A DNA stretch of 64,000 nt, taken from NCBI GenBank assembly GCA_023213395.1, contig CM041465.1:75275741-75339740 (forward strand), read 5' to 3'. Position numbers and translations under genes: made by a program. Positions 39,715 through 50,970 of this stretch are shown here, piece by piece; position 1 is the stretch's first letter, and each line of letters starts with the position of its first letter. Under the pieces are notes generated by a model that saw only the letters and a list, made by a program, of their open reading frames with translations, searched no databases and had not been told where the DNA came from. Source of the stretch: Cycas panzhihuaensis. Lineage: Eukaryota; Plantae; Cycadophyta.

Positions 39715-41810
39715 CCCCAGAACAAAAATGGTCTAGAAAGAAACCATCTATTCAACACTTACGAATATTCGGTAGTATTGCCTGGGGATATATTCCTCAT
39801 GAAAAACATAAGAAGCTAGATAAAAAAAGTCAAAAATATATCTTCATTAGCTACAGCGAAGAAAGTAAAGCATACAGACTTTTAGATCCAGTCATGCATA
39901 ATATTTCTATTTTGCATGATGTCATATTTGATGAAGAATGATCTACTTAAACATCTACTTAAGTAGAAATCCCTGTTGAAGACTTATTAACCAACACTCA
40001 TTCGGTTGATGATTCTAAAAACCAAGTTGATTCAGACATCATAGATTCTTTATCAACCCAAGTCCAAAATTGAACCTTATTAGAACCAGCTGATATAGAT
40101 TCTTCTCTTCAACCTAGCACATTGAATCATCCAACAACCTCAGATTCAGTTATTTATAAGCAACCAACTTGGGAAACCAAAACGCTTGCTGACGCTAGAT
40201 CTAATGTAGGTAATCCTACTGATACTAGGCACACACGTACGTAAAAACTTCATGTAAATTTTGCTTTAGTAGTAAAAATAATGGAAAACAATGATCCAAA
40301 AATATATAAACAAGCCAGCAACAATCATGTCTGGTAAGATGCTATGCAAACCGAATTTGCTGCTCTAATTAAAAATTTTACCTGGGATCTTGTTCCTCTT
40401 CCACCCAGAAAAAATGTAGTTGACTGTAAATGGATTTATAGAACTAAATATAATTCAACAGGCGCAGTAGAAAAATATAAAGCTCGTCTTGTTGCCAAAG
40501 GAGTTTCCCAAATAGATGGCATTGACTATAATGAAACTTTTACACATGTTGCAAAAATGAACACAATCAAGACCATAATTGCTCTTGGAGCCAAATTTGG
40601 TTGGGAAATTCACCAAATGGATGTCAAGAGTGCCTTCTTGAATGGTGATCTCAAAGAAGAGATCTACATGTCACAACCACCTAGATTCATTGAAAATCCT
40701 AATTTAGTCTGTAAATTAAAAAAATCTATTTATAGTTTAAAACAAGCTCCTCGAGCTTGGTATACTAAAGTTGATGATTACTTAATACACATTGGATATA
40801 CTAGATGTATTAGTGATCCAAATCTCTATTTTAAACGTGAAGATGAAAATCTAAACATTCTAATTATTTATGTTGATGACATTATTATCACTGGATCATC
40901 AACACACAATATTTATCATCTCAAATCAACCTTAATGAACAAATTTGAAATGATAGATTTAGGACTATTACATTATTTTCTAGGTTTACAAATTTATCAA
41001 AATCAATCAAATATATCACTATCTCAACCCAAGTACATTCTTGATTTACTCCAAAGGTTTCACATGGATAATGTTGAACCTGTAACCAATCCTTTACAAT
41101 CAGGAGTTAAACTAACTACTGATTATTCAACTCCTTTATGTGATCCAACTCTTTATAGACAACTTATTCGTAATCTAATTTATCTTACATACACTCGCCC
41201 TGACATTTCTTATGCAGTTGCGTTATGTTCTAGATACATGCAACAACCATATGAATCTCATTGGAAAGCAGCTAAATGAATCTTACGCTATCTAAAAAAT
41301 ACCTTGTTTCATGGTTTAATTTATAACTTTTGTAATAAACCATTAACATTAACTGGCTATACTGACTATGATTGGGCAGGTGATTCAAATGATCGTAAAT
41401 CTACTTCTGGTTATGTTTTTTTTTATTGACTCCTCACCTATTACTTGGTTAAGTAAAAAAATGCAGGCACTGGCATTATCAACTACTGAAGCTGAATATC
41501 GAGCATTAGTCGAAGCTGGTAAAGAAGCACTTTAGCTAAAATCGTTACTCAATGAAATTGGTCTAACTATAAACTCTTCAATTGAAATTAAAGTTGATAA
41601 TCAAGGTGCAATTGCTATTGCTTCTAATCCTGTTTCACATTCTAGAACTAAACATATTGAATTACATCAACATTTTATACGTAATTTAGTTTCTGATAAT
41701 ATTATTTATTTGTCTTATTGTCCAACAGATTTCTGATTGTAATATACTTACAAAGTCACTAATCAAGTGAAGTATTTACATCTCGTAGATTTATTAGAGA
41801 TAAGAGAAGT
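39715..41810 (+). pseudogene. pol: Element D pol remnant: integrase C-terminus, reverse transcriptase (RVT_2), RNase H
   Basis: KWSRKKPSIQHLRIFG...KLDKKSQK...SKAYRL. ORF 40344-41279 has KYKARLVAKG, QMDVKSAFLNGDL and YVDD. Then DYDWAGDSNDRKSTSG and RTKHIE. Confidence 0.95.
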
Positions 41811-43129
41811 CTTCATCAAAGGGGGATCATCATGATGAAGATCTTCTTTTCTCTCCTGTACAAAAGTTTACATTAAAGGGGGATGTTAGATTATATAATA
41901 TAAACTTATGTAATTTTATGTGTCACATGTCTAAATTAAAAATTAAGTTATTATAATGTTTTTATCTTAGATGTATTTAATTAAACTTGTGGAAGGTCGT
42001 TGAATATGTGAAACTGTATTTCAACGAACCTCCTTCGTACTTAACCTCCTAAATTCACGGAGCAGTCGAGAATCTAGGAGGGTCATCTAATGATGCCTAA
42101 AGGCTGGTCTATTTCTTAGAGGTATTTTCTATGCATGTTTTAAATTCTATATTTTAATTAATAAAATTATATAGCTTAGGAGGTGGTTTTTTATTCCCTA
42201 GAAGTGGTTTTTCCACCTATCAATCTGTGTGTATGTGCAGTGTCGTTTATATTATTTATATATATAATTTCTTAACTGTGTTCTTGTTACTGTTTTATTG
42301 TGATCCTGTTAATGACACTATCATATGTCTATTCTCCTACATTGATGAAGATCAGATTTTTAAAGTTTTTTTCAAGTACAAATTCCATAAGTTTAAAGAA
42401 AATATTCAAGTGTTCGTGATGACATTAAGGGGGAGAATGTTGGAGTTAATCGCCATCACTCCACTCCCACCTTTCCAACTAGGATTGTACACCTCATCAA
42501 CTTCAATTTAGACATGTGATGCTCAACATGTCAAGGTAAGTTAAGGTAAGTTTAACTTTGATTCAAGTTAGTTTCATTTGAGTTAAGTTAACATTATTTT
42601 ATTATTATTTTGAATTCAGGAGTTGAGGAGTTTCCCTCCTCCCCTAAATTATAAATATTAAGGGGTGTGTAACCCTCATGTCTTAAGACACCACCCTCAT
42701 TTGAGAAATTTGTATTGCTCACTTTCAACAATGGATTGAAGATTCAAGCTCTCATATTTATGCTACTATTGTGCAACATTATATTAAAGATTTATATTAG
42801 AATATTGATATTTTGATCTATCGATTATATGATATATGTTTTGCCCCGTTCTCCTACAATATATTTTTCCTATAACATGTGTCATTACATAAGAATATAT
42901 TGACACATCTTTATAAGGTACCACTTTACAGTATTACAATATAATATGCATAAACCATGGGGTAAAAAATAACCCTATAAGAAACCAAAAAAAAAATTGG
43001 TATAACACCTATACCCATGTGACACTTACAAAGTGTTCAACATATCCTACAATCTCCCATTTGTTAAACATTTTATAAGAAACTTGTATACGCAATTACT
43101 TAATGCCAAAATTATAAACACTAATTCCC

Positions 43130-46100
43130 TTTCCACACCATATAAATTTTTTTGTGCTAATAATCTTGGTCAATGAGTCTGCAATATTCTCCTATATAGA
43201 AAACTTTTGCAAGTCCACCTTATGATCTTGAATTATTTCTCTCACAAAATGGAACTGTACATTAGTATGCTTTGATTGAGTATGAAAAGTAGGATTCTTC
43301 ACTAGGTAGATTGTACTTTGACTATCACAATATATCTTAAGAACATCCCACTTAAAGCCAACATCTATGCATAATCTCTACAACCAAATTGCTTCGTTAC
43401 ATGCATGAGCACCTTCCATATACTCTGCTTCTATGCTACAAAGTACCATAATTTATTGTCTTTTACTCATCTAGCTAATTGCGCTACCACAAAGGGTGAA
43501 AATATACGTACTTATAGATCTTTTGTTGTTAAGATCTCTAACCTAATCAGCATCAATAAATCCTCTCAAGTTCACTATTCTACTCTCCATGGCACCTCCT
43601 TGGTAGTAAATTCTATAGTTTGATATACCCCACAGATACCTGAAAATCCTTTTCATAGCCACCCAATGCTGCCTACCTGGGTTTGACATACACTTGCTAA
43701 CTACTCCCACTGCATGGGTAATATATAGTCGAGTATAAACCATCACATACATCAGGCTACCAACAACACTAGTATAAGGGATAAATGCCATGTCTTTAAT
43801 TTCTTGGTGAGTCTTGGGGCATTATTTAGCTAATAATTTTAAACCAATAGAAAGAGGAAGAGGATAATTAACTAATTTACTATCCCGTAACTTGAATTAT
43901 TGCAGTGTAGTATCAATGTACCATATTTGGCTAAACTAAATATTCTTATTTCTTTTTATCCCTTTTAATCCCAATATCCAAAATAAAATGTTTAGTACCA
44001 AGGCTATTCATCTCAGAATGAGATGCCAATTGGATTTTTACAAGTCAATTCATTTCATTATTATTACCAACTAAAAGTATATTATCAACATATAAAGCTA
44101 GAATAACAAAGTGATCACCAACCTATTTATAATAGATACAATGATCTAGTTTGTTATGCACAAAGCCATCTTCTAATATATGTGAATCAAACTTTTGATG
44201 CAACATCTCTAATGACTGTGTTAAGCCATATAATGACTTATTCAACCTGCACACAATATTCTCCTTCCCTATAACTTCAAAACCTTTAGGCTGTAATATA
44301 TAAATTCGTTCATTAAAGTCACCGTGAAGAAATGCAGTTTTTACATCAATTTGATTCACCTTAAGGTCATAAGTAGTTGCTATAGCCAACAAAAATTTAA
44401 TTGAATCTACCTTCATAATAGGAGAAAATACCTCACCAAAATCTATTCCCCTAATCTAGGAATAGCCCTTTGCTACCAAGCAGACCTTATACTTTTCCAC
44501 AATACCATCTACCTAGAACTTCTTCTTGAAGATCCATTTGTTATCAATAGGTTTTTTACCATCTGATAGATCCACCAAATCCCATATGTTATTTTTGTCT
44601 AAGGCCATCATTTCTTCTTCCATGGCCTTCATCTAGAATTGGCTCTCTTTTGATTTTAAAGCTTCTCGAATAATACCTAGGTCATCATCTGTAGCAAATA
44701 AAACAAAAGAGGAGCAATGAAAGTCTTTAGGAATATATCTGTCAGGTTATCTTCTCTTATGAGTTGATCTCCTCAAGATGTGGGGTTCTTAAGATTGAGC
44801 CACCTCTACAATTGGTCCTTCCTCTTTAGTTAACTCATATTCTAATTTAGAATCTTCATCCCTTACCTCAAATTATACCTTCTTAGAGTCTTCTTCCTTT
44901 GGTTCTTTATCCTACTTTAGATACTTAAACTCCTCTCTAAAGATAACAACATAGCTATACATAGCTTTTTGTATTTCAGAGTTATAAAGCTTGTACCCTT
45001 TAATACCATCATTATAACCAATGAAAATAATCTTTTGTGCTTTGAAATCAAGCTTAGTCTAAGAACGTACACAAAAGCTTCACAACCAAAAACTCTAAGA
45101 TGACCAAGAGATGGATTCTTATCAAACCATACTTCTTTAGGTATTTTGTATACTAAGGTAATTGTCAATGATCTATTTATCAGGTAGCTTGTAATCATCA
45201 CAACCTTAACCCAGAATTTCTTCTCTAAACCAATAACATTGAGCATACTCCTCAATCTCTCTAGAAAGGTCATATTCTCCTTTCAGTAACTCTGTTATGT
45301 TGTGGTATATAGGGAGTTATCTTCTATCTTGTTATCCCACACTACTTATAGAACTACTTAAACTCATTTGAGCAAAACTCACCTTTATTATTAGTCCTTA
45401 GTACCTTGATTTACATGTCACTCTGATTCTCAACCAAGGCCTTAAATTCTTTAAATTTACTAAAGACCTCAAATTGAGAAAGTACAACCATATCTTTCTC
45501 AAGAAATCATCTATGAATGTGACAAAGTATTTGGACCCACCTAATTAGGGTATATCAACAAGTCCAAAAACATTATTGTATACCAATTGTAGAATACTCT
45601 TTGCTCTCTTTGAGCTTGAAGGAAAATTGACTCGATTCTATTTACTATACATACAATGCTCACAAAAATCAAAATCAAATAAGCCATTAATTCTATAGAT
45701 GTCTTATGCCATACCTTTAGAGAATAAATCATAGAGGCCTTTCTCTCCAATATGGCCCAATCTTTGATGCCACAACATAGTTTTACTAGTAAATGATACT
45801 TGAGTCTCAACTACATTATTGCTACTTTTTATAATAGATATGCTACAATTGTCAGCATCCATCGTGTTTATATCAAACTTGTATAGTGTTCCAAATCAGA
45901 CCCCTCTTACTAATACTAATGCTCCTTAAACTATTCTGTAACTATCTTTATTGAAAATCACTTCTATTCCTACATCACCTAATTGACTAGTAGATAATAG
46001 ACTCATAATTAAACTAGGAATATGACTCATATCAGGGATAGTTTTAACCCTTCCATCCCCAAACCAAACCTTCACCTTTCTACAACCTATAATTTTATAT

Positions 46101-47061
46101 AGGTAATAATCACCAAGAAATACTTCATCTCCATTAATACTTTTGTATTCACAAAACCATTTCCTATGGGGAGTAATATGAAGTGAAGTCCTAAAGTTAA
46201 TTAACCAAGACTCAACATTTAGCAACTTACCTGAGGTTGCCAAATAAGCATTGCCATTGGCTCCATCGAAGGCTTTTGCTACCATGGAAGAAATAGCTTT
46301 AGGTAACTTTCCCTTGTCAACCTTAACTTAACATTGGCTCTTCATATAACCAGCCTTTCCACATCTCTAGCATACCAAGGGGTCTTTGCCTGGAGATTTA
46401 GATTTTCCTCTAGATTTTGATCATCTATTCTTAGGCCTTTTTTGTTCATAATCTAATATTTGACCTCTCACCATTAATCCTTCTTTAGAATGATCCTTAG
46501 AAGATTTTTAACTTATCTCTTCTAATAGCAGGGTGACAACAACATCATCAAATTTTAGGGTGGCAGCAGTCGTGTTACTAATCATCATCATAAGATTGTC
46601 TTAGGAATTAAGAAGTGAATATAATAAGGTAATACACTTGTCTTATTTAGACTTTAGTATCCCAATTAAAATAAGCTATCTCATTACGGTGTTAAATATA
46701 ATGAGATGGTCTACAAATGCATCTCTATCACTCACCTTGAGTGAATATAACTTTTTTTGAAGAAATAATTTATTAACTAGAGGCTTAGTCTAATATAGAG
46801 CCCCTAACGTTTTCCATAGATCTTTGGCCATAGACTCTATGGCAATATTAAATAACATCATATCTAAAAGGTATAACCTTATCGAACTAATTTCTTTCTG
46901 ATTAAGCTTCTTTTAGTTTTCATCATCCATATTCACAAGCTTTGTATCTATGATAATGATCCATCGATCCTTTTGACAAGGATATCTTCCATCTTTAGCT
47001 TCCACAACTTAAAGTTCTAGCCATTGAACTTTTCAATCTCCATCTTCATAATGCTTGCCAT
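43130..47061 (-). pseudogene. pol: Decayed gag-pol of element B
   Basis: ATG at 47061 gives MASIMKMEIEKFNG*NFKLWKLKMEDIL. Protease ORF 45926-46285, integrase ORF 44917-45273, RT ORFs 44123-44416 (DVKTAFLHGD) and 43543-43791 (PYTSVVGSLMY). Confidence 0.92.
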
Positions 47062-47735
47062 GATTTTTGCACTCAAGTTCTTCCACTCACTAAATAGCTT
47101 CCCACAAAACTAAAATCCTTAGCTCTAATACTAAATAAAGAGAAAATATAACTGCAAAAGTAATGTATTAGCATAACTCTAAACCATATAAAGAATAAAT
47201 AACATAAACAAATAGAGCACATAACAAATAACACTAAGAGATTTAGGTATAAGTATAGACCCTTTATTAATTTAAGCAATAGTTAAAGAATTACATAGAT
47301 CAAAACCCTAACTCTTCTCATCAACTCATCAAAGGCTCATCCAACCCCTTATATATGTTGTTATATAAGAATATTGATGGAAAAATATGGAGCCACAATG
47401 CTTTGATACCAAAATGAAGGAAAATATGCTTGTAAACTATGAGCCAAACTAAGCTCTGTACCAGTATTGCATCAAATACATCAGTGTATCACCATTACAA
47501 TAGCATAAAACCATGAGAGCCTTGATGTTCAATCCATTGTAGTAGAATGAGTATTCCAAATCTTCCTCAAAAGTAGGTGGTGTCTAAAGACACCGTGGTT
47601 GTACACCCTTAACATTTATAGTTTGGGGAGGAGGGAAACTCCTCAACCCCAATTCAAATTAATAATAAAATAATACTAACTTAACTCAAATGAAACTAAC
47701 TCAACTTACCTTAACTTACCTTGACATGTTGAGCA

Positions 47736-48505
47736 TCACATGTCTAAATTGAGGTGCACAATCCTGGTAGGTAAGAGGGAGTTGAGTGATGACATTACAC
47801 CCAACATTCTCCCCCTTAATGTCAGCACGAACACTTGTATCTTTTCCTTGAACTTGTGGAACTGGTACTTGAATAAAACTTTAAAATTCCAATCTTGATC
47901 TTTGTCGATGCTTCTCACCCTTATAGTCACATATATCTCTTTATTATAGAATGATGTAGGAAGACTATAGGTAGATGAAACTTGATGAAAAAGTAGATGA
48001 GTAGCTGTAATTTGGACTTGAACTTTTATACTCTTTATGCTTTGAACGGTTGTCATATCACCAGGTTCATTCTTCGTTTTGTCATAAGATTCGTCTTCAT
48101 GATGCTCCCCCTCAAATGGAGGATCAAATCCTTATGCAACAAGGTGGTCCTGCATTTGATCTGAATCTTCATTGGTATTGCCGTCATGATCTACCTGTTC
48201 TGTCACCTGTCTCACATGCTCATCAAAAGTTTCATCAAATACAGTGGGATATCTCCCCATAAATGGAAATCAATAAATCCCAAATGACTTAGATGTTGTT
48301 AATTCGTAAACTAGTGAAAAGACATCATCACCATAGTGCAAAATAATAAACCTAACACTTCATTATCTTTTCTAGAATTTTCTTTAAGGCTAAGGTCATA
48401 TTCATGTTGTAAATACTTCAAAAGATTACGTTCAATAAAGTAAATGTGCATAGTATCATACCATAGTGAATAGTTATAGCCATTGAAAATGGGGAATTGT
48501 GCCAT
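47736..48505 (-). pseudogene. gag: C3 gag plus pol tail, frameshifted
   Basis: ORFs 48311-48505 (MAQFPIFNGYNYSLWYDTM...) and 47736-48056 (...FHKFKEKIQVFVLTLRGRML). Confidence 0.85.
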
Positions 48506-49779
48506 TTTGAAAGTAATTTAATCAATAAGAAAATGATGATAAGATCAAGTAGAAATCTTGAATAAACAATGAGATAGAAACTAGAATTTTTTTTAAAATT
48601 TTGAACGAAGACAAGCTTGTTAGGATGTATATATATACTCAACTTTAACAGACTGAAAACTATATTGAATGAGGTCAAAATAGCTTAAAATTTTATCAAT
48701 ATGTAGATTGTTGAGATGTGAATCCAATAAAATAGACGGTTTTGAAAAAGGATACCAATAAGTCACATTTTGAATGATGCTAAGAAAAGGACCTCCTTGT
48801 GGAGCCTAACAGGAGCAAGGTAGGCAAAAATTGTATAAAAGTACTAATTAATCCTTAGAAAAGCTGAACAAATGATCAAATATTATTGATGAAGTAATTA
48901 ATATTCTGCCAATTGAAAATTTTGAAAGATTATATTAAACGGGTGTAAAAAAAGAGCAGATTTAGGCCAATAAAATGACTCAACTTTCGCTGATTTGAAA
49001 TATAAGCAAAATATGTCAAAATATATGAAAAAATATATCACAGAAGAGAAATGAGTCGACTTCCCAACGACGGAAATGAAATCGATAAAAATGCAAAAAT
49101 TATAGTGAAAAAAATGACAAGTATCTTTATGGAGAATGTTCAAGAAACAGTAAAACAACTAATTTTCTTATTTTAACGATTAAAATATTAGTGAAAATGA
49201 AGTCAAAAATAAAAGTAAAAGATGGGTATTGAGTCTATATGACGAGATCAGAATAGAAAAATTCGGATACAAAACAGTTTACCAACAATAAATAGCACTA
49301 GTTCTAAAACCGATTTTATTAAAATGCAAAAACGCTGAAATTTCGAAGTCCAATGTTAAAAGGGTGAAACGAGGTCAAATGGGCACCAAATTGGTCTTAT
49401 GACCAATGAAATTGATCTACGGAAAATTTCTGATCTGATGGCGCAGTTTTTCGTCAAACCGATGAGCCAGGGGGAAGTTATGGCTAAAAAAACGCCAATA
49501 ACACTATAAAAAAATAAAATTTTGAAAAATAAAAGGAAAACGTTAATTAAAAATGAAAAAAACTTTTAAAGGTGACTAATAGTCACGTGATAGCTTTATA
49601 GAGCTGGACGACAGCAGCTTAAACCTCTAAAAACTTGAGTACCCGAATTTGAAAAATATATAATTTTAATTTTAAACTTTATATTATTAAACTAATCAAT
49701 CAATAAATGGCATTGTCATTCAAACCATTTGAGTTGAACAACAAAGTTGTAAATTAATAATGAGTATAAGATGCACGCT

Positions 49780-50970
49780 TATTAAGAATATATACCGGCG
49801 TCTTAACCGAACCAATAAATTGCAAAGCCAGATATATACGTTGGTAGCCAAACCGAGCCGAATATATACCAGAAGATCTACGAATAGCGGATGGGCCGCG
49901 AATCGAAATGTATAGGCGGCAATGAATGAGGAGCGCACAGGCACGAGGGCAAAGCGCGCGTAATCGAGATCGACGCAGACTAAAGCCCAATAATACGTCT
50001 GAAACGGTACCGATGATGAGGAACCAACCCCGAGCTGGCGCGTAATCGATGAAGATGGAGTCTCGACGAGCAATAAGCACACAAATCAAGAACGCAACGT
50101 CAAACGGAACGCCTGCAGCGATGCCGTAATCGAGGAGACCGAGGCGAAGGGGCGACGCAGCCCGAGACGATGCGAGTTGAGGAGACCGAGGCGATTATAG
50201 GCAATGCACACGAGGCCGGCATTTAATCAAACACAGCCCCGCGAAAGGAGACGGTAAGATACAAATAAAATTCTAAAATAGCAAAGCCCGAGATGATAGA
50301 CGGGAAGAAGGGGCCGAACGGCGACGGGAGATCCGAGGATCGATGCGAAGGGGGCAAACACAGGCGAACGGGCACCCACACGCAGAGGCGACGGGAGAAC
50401 GCAGATCGAGGAGATGGAGCGTGAAGCCTAAGGACGGCTCCAACGCAATGATTAGAGACAGTAATACGGAGAACGGCAATCGTGACGAACCGAGGCAGAA
50501 CGCAGATCGAGGAGATGGAACGCGCCCAAGGACCTACGGCCCAACGCAACGATTAGAGACTAATGCAGCTGTGAGAACGGCAATCGAGAGGCAGACGGTA
50601 GCGGCCTGGGAGAATCGAGGCGGATGCAGATGCAACACACACGACAAGTCGAGTGAAGAAAAGAAACGCCAAATGTAGAGCGAACCACGTAACCACGTAT
50701 AAGGCGGGCAACAATAATAAAGATATAACAATGATTAATGGAATGGACGACGGATACAATAAAATAATGATAAATGCAATCGCAGATACAATACAATAAT
50801 GATAAATGCAATGATAGAAACACCACTATGTAGAGAGACGGAGTAGTTGCGTGCAAAGAGAGAGAGGCAATGGCAGAGTCACACAACAAAGATAGCGCCA
50901 AATAAAGCAGAAACGCTACAGGAAGGACGAATAAAACAATGACGAAAACGTCACTGTGTAGAGAGACAGA
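49780..50970. other. CpG-rich, purine-skewed tract with internal direct repeats inside C3
   Basis: Dense CG dinucleotides in a CpG-depleted window. A ~100-bp-period duplicate (GAACGCAGATCGAGGAGATGGA...CAACGCAA.GATTAGAGAC) at 50397 and 50498, and GAGGAGACCGAGGCGA twice. Confidence 0.85.

Larger units (their letters stand above)
37936..42341 (+). mobile_element. Element D: Ty1/copia derivative lacking gag, protease and the integrase core
   Basis: LTRs at 37936-38398 and 41884-42341. PBS TGGTATCAGAGC at 38399-38410, PPT at 41875-41883. Perfect TSD TTGAT at 37931-37935 and 42342-42346. Confidence 0.95.
32944..42874 (+). mobile_element. Element C2: family C non-autonomous element carrying HSP60 and eIF3L fragments; hosts D
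   Basis: 437-bp LTRs at 32944-33380 and 42438-42874. PBS TGGTATGAGAGC at 33383-33394, PPT TTAAGGGGGAGAA at 42425-42437. TSD ACATG at 32939-32943 and 42875-42879. Confidence 0.95.

Noticed and set aside
40344-41279. Active autonomous retrotransposon
   Set aside because: The RT ORF is bounded by premature stops, RNase H is frameshifted, and gag, protease and the integrase core are missing.
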